64,000 nucleotides of DNA from NCBI GenBank assembly GCA_963848295.1, contig CAWKDB010000010.1, positions 960,001 to 1,024,000 on the forward strand. Direction: 5' to 3'. This stretch comes from an uncultured delta proteobacterium. Lineage in GTDB: Bacteria > Myxococcota_A > Polyangia > Haliangiales > Haliangiaceae. A program made the translations under genes and the position numbers. Each line of letters starts with the position of its first letter. Position 1 is the stretch's first letter. Positions 47,433 to 56,710 of this stretch are shown piece by piece. The notes below the pieces were generated by a model. It was not told the DNA's origin and did not search any database. It worked only from the letters and a program-made list of their open reading frames with translations.

Positions 47433-48826
47433 TGCTGCCGCTCGCGCTGACCGCGGCGGTCGTCGTCGGCGATCACGTCGCGTTGCGCGCGGCACCGGAG
47501 CGCGTCGCCGCCGAGCAGGCGGTGCTGTGGAAGGGCGACTGGCTCGAGGTGCGCGGCGCGCGGCGCGGTTGGTTGCAGGTCTACGACCATCGCCACGAGC
47601 GCCCGGGCTGGATCGCGGAGCGCAACGTCCGTCAGGTCGAGCTCGAGGACAAGTCGGCGCCAGCCCTGCGCGCGGTCGTCGATTTCCTACGCGATACGCC
47701 GGGCAGCGAGTCGCTCGGCATCGCGTACGCCGCGATGTACTTGAAGGTCGCGGGCAAGCCCGCGATCGACGGCGCGATCATGGTGTCGCTCGGCGTGATG
47801 GCCGATCGGCTCGCACATCGCGCGTCGGCGGCCGGCACGAACGACACGAGCGTGTCGGAGCAGCTCGAGGTCGCGAAGAGCTGGGGCGTGGCGTTCAGCT
47901 CGATCGAGCGCGACGACGGCATCATGGTTTGCTACGACGGCGACGCGTTTCACGCCGCGCTGGGGCTGTCACCGACGCCCGCCGATGCGGCGACCGCGGT
48001 GCTCGCGCTCACCGATCCGACGTGCACGCCGCCGCGCCTGGGCGCGACCGAGCGGCAAGCGCTCGACGAGGCGCGGCTCGCCGGGCTCGATCGAGTGGCG
48101 ACGAAGGGCGCACCTCCGCCGCTCGCGAACGCGTTGCGAATCCGCCGCGCGATGCTCGCGGCAGATCTCGCCTGGACGGCGGCGCGCCGCGGCGATAACG
48201 CGCTCGCTGCGACGCGAGCCGCGGAGGCGATGGGCGCGTTCGTCGCGCTCGATCACGCCGAGCTCGCCGAAGAAGACCTCGCCGCCGCCGATGCCGCGGC
48301 GCTGCAAGTCGCGGCCGCACGCTGGGCCGGCGAGTCGGCACATCCAGTGCCGGCGCTCGCGCTGAAGGTCGACGCCGGCCAGCCCGGCGAGACCTGCGTC
48401 GCGGTCGTGCCCAAGCAAGGCGCGGCGAGCACGCCGAAGTGCACGTTCGGTCAAGTCTGGCCGGCGTCGTTCGCCGTATCGCCCGACCGGCACGACGCCG
48501 TGGTCGCGGTCGAGCCACTGCCCGGCTGGCTCGAGCTGTGGCTGTTCCGCCGCGGCGACGACGGCGGCTGGATGACCGACGTGCTCACGCCGTCGACCGA
48601 CGATCCGGATCTCGGGTACGTCGAGCTCGCGGGGTGGTCGGCCGATAGCCGCCACGCGCTGATCGTGCGCGAGGCGCGGACCGCGGGGACGGTGCATCGC
48701 TCGTTCGAAGCGATCGCGCTCGGGACGCTCGCGGTCGACCGTCAGGCCGCGACGCTCGGCGGCGTCGGCGCAGCGAAGAAGTGGGCGGCGGCGGAGTGGC
48801 GCAAGGGCACGCTCGCGTTGCGCTGA
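47432..48826 (+). CDS. Secreted hypothetical protein with N-terminal SH3b-like domain
   Basis: VALRAAP...LWKGDWLEVRGARRGWLQVY...RPGWI; TAATG coupling to the SPFH gene. Confidence 0.65.
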   Translation: MLPLALTAAVVVGDHVALRAAPERVAAEQAVLWKGDWLEVRGARRGWLQVYDHRHERPGWIAERNVRQVELEDKSAPALRAVVDFLRDTPGSESLGIAYAAMYLKVAGKPAIDGAIMVSLGVMADRLAHRASAAGTNDTSVSEQLEVAKSWGVAFSSIERDDGIMVCYDGDAFHAALGLSPTPADAATAVLALTDPTCTPPRLGATERQALDEARLAGLDRVATKGAPPPLANALRIRRAMLAADLAWTAARRGDNALAATRAAEAMGAFVALDHAELAEEDLAAADAAALQVAAARWAGESAHPVPALALKVDAGQPGETCVAVVPKQGAASTPKCTFGQVWPASFAVSPDRHDAVVAVEPLPGWLELWLFRRGDDGGWMTDVLTPSTDDPDLGYVELAGWSADSRHALIVREARTAGTVHRSFEAIALGTLAVDRQAATLGGVGAAKKWAAAEWRKGTLALR

Positions 48827-48879
48827 GTTGTTGCAAATATCGCGTGCGTCGGGCCGGTGGTCGCGCCATGACATCTCGC

Positions 48880-49830
48880 ATGAAACGGGTGATCGCCGCT
48901 GCCTTGCTCTTCGCCTCGTGCGGCCGAGGTCCGGACGAGCGCATCGCGCGCGAGTATCGCGAGCTGTGGGCCGCGCGTGGCCCCGAGCCTGTCGTGCGGC
49001 CATGCGCCGATGCGAACGCCAAGTCCGCGAGGCTGATGCCGCTCCTCGAGCTGGCCGACGCCGCAAGCACGTGGCATTCGTTCAGCGACCCCTTGCCGCC
49101 GCCGCTCGCGGCGCAACTGAGCTCGCTCGTGCCCGACGCTACCGCGGCCGACGATCTCCGCTGCACGGCCGAAGACCCGAAGTCACGAATCGACGTCTGG
49201 TCGGGGCTCGGAAAGCTCGGCGCGTTGCTTTACCTCAAAGGCGAGGCCGTAGCAGCGACCGATGCCGACGGCGGTTGGCGTCAGATCAGCGAAGCGCTGC
49301 GCCTGTTTCGCGATCCGCCCGCGTTCGAGTATCTGTACTTCTTCACGCCGGGGTGGATGCTCGAGCGCGCCTCGGCGCTCGCGGCGAGCCACCCGCCGCC
49401 GGACGACCTGCGCGCATCGGTGCTCGCAGCAGCCGCGACCGCGGTGATGCCGAAGGCGGCGCTGTGCGCGGGCCTGCGCGAAGAGATGCTCGTCCAGAGC
49501 GGGATGTTGTTTTATCCCAACTTCGCCGGGCTGCACGACGCGTTCATCACGCGCTGGCCCGGGCTCGAACCGTTGCTCGATGGCGACTCGTTGCAACGCC
49601 GGAGCTACGACGAGTGGCAGCCGTTCCATGCCATCGCGGGCGCGATCACCCGCGATTGCGATGTGGCGAGCACGTCCGATCTGCGCCGAGAGCTCGTTCC
49701 TCTCGGTGCCACGCTCGAGCAGCGCTCCCCGGATCTGGCGGTGATCTTCGACGCGCTGATGCAGCGTATCGATAACTACGACAAGGTCGTCGCGAGCGCC
49801 GCCGCATTCCGAGCCGGCCTCGCGCGTTAG
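48880..49830 (+). CDS. Hypothetical lipoprotein
   Basis: MKRVIAAALLFASC lipobox; helical body. Confidence 0.6.
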   Translation: MKRVIAAALLFASCGRGPDERIAREYRELWAARGPEPVVRPCADANAKSARLMPLLELADAASTWHSFSDPLPPPLAAQLSSLVPDATAADDLRCTAEDPKSRIDVWSGLGKLGALLYLKGEAVAATDADGGWRQISEALRLFRDPPAFEYLYFFTPGWMLERASALAASHPPPDDLRASVLAAAATAVMPKAALCAGLREEMLVQSGMLFYPNFAGLHDAFITRWPGLEPLLDGDSLQRRSYDEWQPFHAIAGAITRDCDVASTSDLRRELVPLGATLEQRSPDLAVIFDALMQRIDNYDKVVASAAAFRAGLAR

Positions 49831-50687
49831 CCGAGCAGCGACCACACCGGAGCGACGAGCACCATGAAGCCGGCGGTGACGCCGATGAAGCCTTGCGCCG
49901 ACGACCAGCGCGCCACCGCTGCGAACCGCGCGATCGCGATCCCAGCGGCGACGGCGCCGATCGCGATGGTCGCGCCGCCGACCGCGCCGGTGCGGACATC
50001 GACCGCGACCGTGCACAGGGCGAACGCGACGAGCGCGGCGGCGGCGATCCGGCCGCGCACCGCGGCGAGCACGAGCCCGGCCAGCACGGCGAAGGCCGCC
50101 ACCGGCTGCAACACATCGCCGATCGATGCGAGCGATCCGCGGTGATCCGCCCGGGCGGTCCACGCCGACCACAGGCGCGCCAGCGGACCGTCGTGCGCGA
50201 GCCCACACGCGATCGCGAGCCCGAGCGCGAGCACCGCGACGATCGGCGCAAACACCGCGGCGCGGGGGCGCCGCCACGGTCCCGACGTGACGCGAACGCT
50301 GGCGAGGACCGCGAGCACCGCGAAGCTGGGATCGAGCACGGCCGCGAACAACGCCGCGCCGAAGCCGGGCAACGGCGACGCTTCCGGTGGCATCGGCCGT
50401 ACGAGCTCGGCGATCGCGAACGCACCGGCCGCGACCGCGAGCGCCGTGCGAACCAAGGCGACATCGCACGTCAGCTCGAGCCCGCAGGTCGCGAGCAAGG
50501 CGGCCGTGACCGCCGCGACCAACGCGGCCGGCGAGCTGCCAGCGAAGGCACGCACCGCGGCGACGACGGCGGCGCCGCACGACGCGAGCGCGACGATCGC
50601 GATCGGAGATGCGTCGGCGAGCCAGCCGAGGCCGGCGCATGCCGCCGCCGCACCGAGCACGATCAGCCAAGGGCGGGCACGAGCCAT
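49827..50687 (-). CDS. Hypothetical polytopic membrane protein
   Basis: Many Ala/Val/Leu-rich TM segments; start set at ATG 50687. Confidence 0.6.
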   Translation of the reverse strand: MARARPWLIVLGAAAACAGLGWLADASPIAIVALASCGAAVVAAVRAFAGSSPAALVAAVTAALLATCGLELTCDVALVRTALAVAAGAFAIAELVRPMPPEASPLPGFGAALFAAVLDPSFAVLAVLASVRVTSGPWRRPRAAVFAPIVAVLALGLAIACGLAHDGPLARLWSAWTARADHRGSLASIGDVLQPVAAFAVLAGLVLAAVRGRIAAAALVAFALCTVAVDVRTGAVGGATIAIGAVAAGIAIARFAAVARWSSAQGFIGVTAGFMVLVAPVWSLLG

Positions 50688-50774
50688 CGAGAGCTCGACG
50701 CTAACTGGCCCGGAGCGCGTGCGCCAAAAACCGGCGGTGGTGCGCGCGGCCCGGTGAGCGGTCCACATCCGTAA

Positions 50775-50806
50775 GTTGACAATAGTTACTCCGTCCCCGG
50801 GTAACT
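50775..50806 (+). repeat. Fourth copy of the TTGACA...CTCCGTCCCCGGG motif
   Basis: GTTGACAATAGTTACTCCGTCCCCGGGTAACT; matches the 11448-11477 copy and has an AGTTAC/GTAACT dyad. Confidence 0.7.
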
Positions 50807-50845
50807 GCTCGCGATCGTTGGGTGGCGGCGCTATCCTGGATGGAG

Positions 50846-52909
50846 ATGACGACCGCTCCGGGGGCCGCCCAGGACCTCGCCCGCGCGCACTTGTCGCGGT
50901 TCTTGGTGGCTCATGCGCAACGCAAGCGGATGTCGGGCGGCAGCGCTTTCGGTCCGTCGAGCGAGGAGGTCGCGCGCACGTTGACGCCCGCGACGGTCGC
51001 GACCGGCGACGAGCTCGCGGTTCACAACGACAAGGTCGCGGCGGCCGAGGCCGCGCTCGATGCCGCTCTCGCTGCGACGCCCGAGCCGTTGCTTGCTCGG
51101 TTGCGACGCGGGTTTTCGCTCAGCCGGCTCGACCTCACGATCATCGCGATCTTGCTCGCGCCCGAGCTCGACCACGAGCTCGAGCGCGCTTACACGTTTG
51201 CGGTCGACGACTTCACGCGCAAGCGCGGCGACGTCGGCTTCATCACGCGGCTGATCGGCGCGGGCGATCCGGAGACGGCGGATCTCACGTTGACGCGGTT
51301 CGACGACGGCGCGCCGCTGCGCCGTCACGGCGTCGTCGCGCTCGCCGCAGCGGGTGAAGCAGCGGCGACGATGCGCGCGGCGAGACTCACCGATCGGATC
51401 GCGTCGTTTCTGCGCGGCCACGATACGATCGACGAGCTCGTCCGCGGCTTCGTTCGCCCGAGCACGCCGCAGCCGGTCGGCAGCATCGTCATGCCGCAGG
51501 ACACGCTCGGGCAGATCGTGCGCGCCCTCGATCCTCGGCGCGGGCCTGCCCGGTTGCTGCTCGCCGGTCCCGACGGCTCGGGGCGCGCGTTAGCGGTCGA
51601 AGCGATCCTCGCGGCCTCGGGTCGGCGGTCTTTGCGCGTCGATCTCGCTGGCATCGTCGCCGAAGGCCGAGTCGGCGAACGGCTCGCGGCGGCGCTGCGC
51701 GAGGCGGCCCTCCGCGATGCCGCGGCGATCCTCGAGGGCGGCTCGACGATTCGCGACGAGGTCCCGCGCGCGCTCGTCAACGCGATCACCGACGGCGTCG
51801 ACGGCCTCGCCGTGCCGATCGTGCTGACGCTCGGGTCTCGCCCGGCGTGGCTCGCGCAAGCCGTGCCCGAGCTGCTCGAGCTCGACATCCCGGCCCCGAC
51901 GTTTCGCGAGCGCGTCGAGCTGTGGACCCGCTCGCTGCCGCCCCCGCTCGCCGATTCAGGCGATCTCGAGACCGTCGCGGCCCGTTACGGCTTCACCGGC
52001 GCGACGATCGCACGCGCCGCCCGCCGCGCCGCCGCGACCGCACGGCTGCGCGATCCGGACGGGCCGAAAGTGTCGCTCGACGACCTCGGCGACGCGGCGC
52101 GGTTGATGTTCTCGCATCGGCTCGGCGGGATGGCGCAGCGGATCCCGACCGGCTTTCGCTGGGACGACCTCGTGCTGCAGAAAGAGACGCTCGACGCGGT
52201 GCGCGAGGTCACCCGGTTCGCGCGGTTCCGGCCGTTCTTGCTCGAAGACTGGGGGTTCGCCGCGAAGCTGCCCTACGGCCGCGGCGTCTCGGCGATCCTC
52301 GCGGGGCCGCCCGGCACCGGCAAGACGATGGTCGCCCAGCTACTCGCGAAGGAGCTCGGGTACGACCTCTATCGCATCGATCTCTCGCAGGTCGTGAACA
52401 AGTACATCGGCGAGACCGAGAAGAACCTCGCGAAGATCTTCGACGAGGCCGAGTCGTCGCACGCCGTGCTGTTCTTCGACGAAGCCGACTCGCTGTTCGC
52501 GAAGCGCACCGACGTCAAGTCGAGCAACGATCGCTACGCGAACCTCGAGGTCAACTACCTGTTGCAGCGGATGGAGACCTACGACGGCGTCACGCTGCTC
52601 GCGACGAACCTCGAACAAGGCATCGACGAAGCGTTCAAGCGCCGCGTCCGGTTCTCGATCATGTTCGAGCTCCCCGAAGAGGACGAGCGCCGCAAGCTGT
52701 GGGTCAGCATGTTCCCGAAGCAAGTCCCGCTCGACGCGAACATCGACTGGGACCTGATCGCGAAGCGGTTCGAGATGGCCGGCGGCTACATCAAGAAGGC
52801 GGCGCTACGCGCGGCGCTGACCGCAGCCGAGGCGAATCGCGCGATCTCCACCGCCGACATTCTCGAGGCCGCGCGTCAGGAATACCGCGAAATGGGCCGC
52901 ATCATCTGA
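50846..52909 (+). CDS. AAA+ ATPase of the Afp15/Pvc15-like family
   Basis: N-terminal [20 protein letters not shown]; degenerate first [62 protein letters not shown]. Start could be 50822, 50840 or 50846. Confidence 0.85.
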   Translation: MTTAPGAAQDLARAHLSRFLVAHAQRKRMSGGSAFGPSSEEVARTLTPATVATGDELAVHNDKVAAAEAALDAALAATPEPLLARLRRGFSLSRLDLTIIAILLAPELDHELERAYTFAVDDFTRKRGDVGFITRLIGAGDPETADLTLTRFDDGAPLRRHGVVALAAAGEAAATMRAARLTDRIASFLRGHDTIDELVRGFVRPSTPQPVGSIVMPQDTLGQIVRALDPRRGPARLLLAGPDGSGRALAVEAILAASGRRSLRVDLAGIVAEGRVGERLAAALREAALRDAAAILEGGSTIRDEVPRALVNAITDGVDGLAVPIVLTLGSRPAWLAQAVPELLELDIPAPTFRERVELWTRSLPPPLADSGDLETVAARYGFTGATIARAARRAAATARLRDPDGPKVSLDDLGDAARLMFSHRLGGMAQRIPTGFRWDDLVLQKETLDAVREVTRFARFRPFLLEDWGFAAKLPYGRGVSAILAGPPGTGKTMVAQLLAKELGYDLYRIDLSQVVNKYIGETEKNLAKIFDEAESSHAVLFFDEADSLFAKRTDVKSSNDRYANLEVNYLLQRMETYDGVTLLATNLEQGIDEAFKRRVRFSIMFELPEEDERRKLWVSMFPKQVPLDANIDWDLIAKRFEMAGGYIKKAALRAALTAAEANRAISTADILEAARQEYREMGRII

Positions 52910-52917
52910 GCGGAGAC

Positions 52918-54957
52918 GTGACGAGGTCCGCGAAGTTTCGTGCGCGCGCGCGTGCCGCAGCCGAGTGGCTCGGCCCGAGCGTGATCGCGGCGTGCGGCGG
53001 CGCGCTGCTCGCGGGTGGTCTCGAAGGGCTCGCGATGAAGACCCCGTTCGGCGCGATCGTCGCGTGTGGGTTCCTCGCGATCATGGCGTTGCCCCTGCTC
53101 GTCGTGACGAGCGCGCTCGGGCGCGCGCTGTGGAGCGCGTGGCGTCCCGCCGAGCTCGCCGCTCACATGATCGAGGATGGCGGCGGCGCGCCGCGACTCG
53201 CGGGCTGGGTGCTCGCGCTCGGCGCTTTGCTCGCCGGGCTCGGGTGGGCGATGTTTCAGGGCACGTGGCTGCTCGCGAGCTGGACCGCGTTCAAGCCGCT
53301 GTCGATGGCCTTCGCCGAACCGTTCCTCGCGGTCACCGTCGTCGTCTTGCTCGTCGTGTTGTCGCGTCCGCTCGCGCGTGGCTTGACCGCGGTCGTCGCC
53401 GGCATCGATCGCCGGTGGCAGCACGAGCACGAATCATCGCTCCTGACCCCGTTCAAGATCGCGACCGGCAGCGCGGCCTTCGCCGGCGTGATCGCGTTCG
53501 CGCTGTGGCACTGGTTCATCCGCACCCGGATCGGCCCACTCGACCTCGGCGTCCTCGCCGCACCGGTCGTCGGCGTGATCGCGACCGCCGCGGTCCATCT
53601 CGTGTGGCATCGCTTCGCCCGCTGGCGCGGACCGATCGCGGCGGTGCTCGGTGGCTGCGCAGGCGCGACGATCGCGTGCGCGGTGTTCGCGCTCGAGGCC
53701 AGGCCTGGTCTCACGCTCGAGATCTGGGGTGACCGGCCGATCGCCGGGCTCGCGATCGATACGCTGTTCGACCTCGATGCGATCCGGGCGGGCATGTCGC
53801 TGGAGGGGTTTCGGCCGGTCGCCCACCCGGGCGCACCTCACCCCGACATCGTGCTCGTCACGATCGACACCGTACGCGCCGATCACACGCCGCCCTACCA
53901 CGGCACCGCCGACATGCCCGTGCTCTCGGAGCTCGCGCAACGCGGCGTCGTGTTCGACTGGGCGTTTTCGCCGAGCAACGTGACTCGGCGATCGATTCCA
54001 TCGATGACGATCGGACTGCAACCGAATCGGGTGCACGGTCGCGTCGTCGGCTGGGCGTTGCGGGTCGACCCGCGCCACGTGATGGTCGCGGAACGGCTCG
54101 CCGCCGGCGGCTACGAGACCGCAGGCTTCATGTGCTGCGAGGGGTTCTGGGGCACGAAGTTCCACACCGGCATGCAGCGCGGACTCGAGCACCTCGAGCT
54201 CGAGACGAACGGCCGCGAGCTCGCCCGGCGAGGCAAGGAATGGATCGAAGCGCGCGACAAGGCCGGAGATCACAAGCCGCTGTTCGTGTGGATGCACTTG
54301 CTCGAGCCGCACAACTGGACACAGTCGACCGGCGAACCCCACAACGACGAGGAGCGGCGGCGCTACTACGATCGCGCACTCGCGGAGGCCGACTCCGCGC
54401 TCGGCGAGCTGATCGGCGCGTTCGCCCAGCGCGATCCAGACCGCGCGCCGATCATCATCGTGACCGCGGATCACGGCGAGGCGCTCGGCGACCATGGCCA
54501 ACCATTTCATTCGACCGACTTGTACGACTCGCAGATCCACATCCCGCTCGTGATCGCGGGCCCCGGGATCAAACCGGGGCGGATCCCCGAGACCGTCAGC
54601 CTCACCGACTTGACCCCGACGCTGCTCGAGCTCGCCGGCTTCGATCCCCCGCGCGGCCGCGACATCGACGGCGGCTCGTTCGCGCCGCTCGCGACCGGAG
54701 CGCGCGCCCCGAGCGCCGAGGGCGGGCTCGCATTCGCAGCGATGATCAAGGATCGCTCCAACCCCGGCGGGATCACCGCGCTGATCCGCGGCCGGTGGAA
54801 GCTGATCAAGAACAGCTCCTCGTACGAACTGTACGACATCCACTCCGATCCCGACGAGCGCGCGAACGTGATCGCGAGCCGGCCGCAACTCGCGAACGAG
54901 CTCAAGGAGCTGTTGCGTAAGCGGATCGATGCCGGCGACGTCTCGCCGTTCGAGTAG
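52918..54957 (+). CDS. Membrane-anchored sulfatase/alkaline-phosphatase-superfamily protein
   Basis: About 7 N-terminal TM helices; DIVLVTIDTVRADH, WMHLLEPH, TADHGE, IHIPL, DLTPTLL. Confidence 0.85.
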   Translation: MTRSAKFRARARAAAEWLGPSVIAACGGALLAGGLEGLAMKTPFGAIVACGFLAIMALPLLVVTSALGRALWSAWRPAELAAHMIEDGGGAPRLAGWVLALGALLAGLGWAMFQGTWLLASWTAFKPLSMAFAEPFLAVTVVVLLVVLSRPLARGLTAVVAGIDRRWQHEHESSLLTPFKIATGSAAFAGVIAFALWHWFIRTRIGPLDLGVLAAPVVGVIATAAVHLVWHRFARWRGPIAAVLGGCAGATIACAVFALEARPGLTLEIWGDRPIAGLAIDTLFDLDAIRAGMSLEGFRPVAHPGAPHPDIVLVTIDTVRADHTPPYHGTADMPVLSELAQRGVVFDWAFSPSNVTRRSIPSMTIGLQPNRVHGRVVGWALRVDPRHVMVAERLAAGGYETAGFMCCEGFWGTKFHTGMQRGLEHLELETNGRELARRGKEWIEARDKAGDHKPLFVWMHLLEPHNWTQSTGEPHNDEERRRYYDRALAEADSALGELIGAFAQRDPDRAPIIIVTADHGEALGDHGQPFHSTDLYDSQIHIPLVIAGPGIKPGRIPETVSLTDLTPTLLELAGFDPPRGRDIDGGSFAPLATGARAPSAEGGLAFAAMIKDRSNPGGITALIRGRWKLIKNSSSYELYDIHSDPDERANVIASRPQLANELKELLRKRIDAGDVSPFE

Positions 54958-54974
54958 AGTATGATGGACGAGAC

Positions 54975-56681
54975 GTGGGGAACACCGATCGCGCTGGCTC
55001 GACCACCGCGTTGCTTCCGATCGAGAGCATCGGCGACGAGCTCAACCTCCTGATCGCGGGCGATACCGTGTTCTCGACGGAGCGCATTCCCAGCACGGGC
55101 TCGCTCGCGATCGGCCGTGGCGGCGATTCCGACGTGGCGATCGATCACGGGTCGATCTCGCGCAATCACGCCGTGCTGCACCTCGGCGCGCCGATGCGAA
55201 TCGAAGACGTCGGCAGCGCGAACGGCACGTGGATCGGCGACACGCGGCTCGAGCCTAACGTCCCGCACGAGCTCAAGCTCGCCGAACCGATCCGGCTCGG
55301 GGCGATCACGATCATCGTCCAGCGTCGGCCCGAACAAGTCCGCACCCGACGGCTGCGCACGCACGAGTATTTCGAGAGCCGGCTCGAGGACGAGTGTGCT
55401 CGTGCGGCGCGCACGAACGGCAGCTTCGCGGTCATCCACCTCCTGCTCGACACCGCAGACCCGGCGGTCCATGCGCAGGTCGGCGCGACGCTGCGCGACG
55501 GCGACGTCGTCGCGCGCTATGCCCCGCAAGAGCTCGAGCTGTTGATGATCGACACCGCGCCGGGAACGCGCGAGCTCGCACTGCAACGGCTGCACCGAGA
55601 GCTCGCCGCGGCCAAGATTCACGTGCGCAGCGGCGCCGCGTGGTTCCCACAGAACGGTCGTGACCCGAGCGCGCTCGCAGACTTGGCGCGAGAGCGCGCG
55701 CACGGCAGGCTGGTCGGCGACACCGACACGCGCGGCGTCGTCGCAGCCGACGCGCAGATGCAGGCGCTGCACGAGATGGTCAGCCGGGTCGCGCTCACCG
55801 AGATCACGGTGTTGTTGCTCGGCGAGACCGGGGTCGGCAAGGAAATCGTCGCCGAGATGCTGCATCGCCGTTCGCCGCGCGCCAACAAGCCGTTCCTCCG
55901 GCTCAACTGCGCGGCGCTGACCGAGACGTTGCTCGAGAGCGAGCTGTTCGGCCACGAACGCGGCTCGTTCACCGGCGCGGTCGCGACGAAGCTCGGCTTG
56001 TTCGAGGCGGCGGACGGCGGCGTGGTATTTCTCGACGAAGTCGGCGAGCTCAGCCCGTCGACCCAAGCAAAGCTGCTGCGAGTCCTCGACGAACGGATGG
56101 TGCTCCGGGTCGGCGGGATCAAGCCGATCGCGATCGACGTGCGGTTGATCGCGGCGACGAACCGCGACCTCGAGCGCCAAGTCGCACGCGATCAGTTTCG
56201 GCTCGACCTGCTGTACCGGCTCAACGCGATGTCCATCGTCATCCCGCCGTTGCGCGATCGCATCGCCGACATCGCTCCGCTCGCGACGGCCTTCCTGCGT
56301 ACGGCCGCGGACAAGCTGAAGCGCCAGGCGCCGGTCCTGACGCCGGCGGCGCTCGCGGTGCTCGAGGGCTACGGCTGGCCTGGCAACATTCGCGAGCTGC
56401 GCAACGTGATCGAGCGCGCCGTGATCCTGTCGCATGGCGAGGTGATCGACGTCGCCGATCTGCCGGTCGACAAGATGCGCTCGACCTTCATCACGACGTC
56501 GCCGCCGAAGCCGGATGCACGGCCGGCACCCAGCGCGCCCGACCAGCGACAACGCGTGATCGCCGCACTCGAGGAGTCCGCCGGCAATCAGACGCACGCC
56601 GCGCGCCTGCTCGGCGTATCGCGCCGCACGTTGATCACCTGGATCGAGAAGTACGACGTGCCGCGACCGCGCAAGCGCTGA
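54975..56681 (+). CDS. FHA-domain sigma54 enhancer-binding protein
   Basis: FHA IGRG...SISRNHA...DVGSANGT; GETGVGKE, ESELFGHERGSFTGA, WPGNIRELRN; Fis HTH. Confidence 0.92.
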   Translation: MGNTDRAGSTTALLPIESIGDELNLLIAGDTVFSTERIPSTGSLAIGRGGDSDVAIDHGSISRNHAVLHLGAPMRIEDVGSANGTWIGDTRLEPNVPHELKLAEPIRLGAITIIVQRRPEQVRTRRLRTHEYFESRLEDECARAARTNGSFAVIHLLLDTADPAVHAQVGATLRDGDVVARYAPQELELLMIDTAPGTRELALQRLHRELAAAKIHVRSGAAWFPQNGRDPSALADLARERAHGRLVGDTDTRGVVAADAQMQALHEMVSRVALTEITVLLLGETGVGKEIVAEMLHRRSPRANKPFLRLNCAALTETLLESELFGHERGSFTGAVATKLGLFEAADGGVVFLDEVGELSPSTQAKLLRVLDERMVLRVGGIKPIAIDVRLIAATNRDLERQVARDQFRLDLLYRLNAMSIVIPPLRDRIADIAPLATAFLRTAADKLKRQAPVLTPAALAVLEGYGWPGNIRELRNVIERAVILSHGEVIDVADLPVDKMRSTFITTSPPKPDARPAPSAPDQRQRVIAALEESAGNQTHAARLLGVSRRTLITWIEKYDVPRPRKR

Positions 56682-56710
56682 CCCGGCACGGTTCACGTAT
56701 ACTGACGGTG

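Noticed and set aside
50846..52909. A complete contractile injection system or prophage
   Set aside because: No structural tail, capsid or integrase genes anywhere in the window.
51847..52917. Long N-terminal extensions in the ORF track (e.g. 51847, 12583, 14357, 45249, 40341 starts)
   Set aside because: They overlap upstream genes in another frame; starts were reassigned to codons matching domain boundaries and coupling signals.
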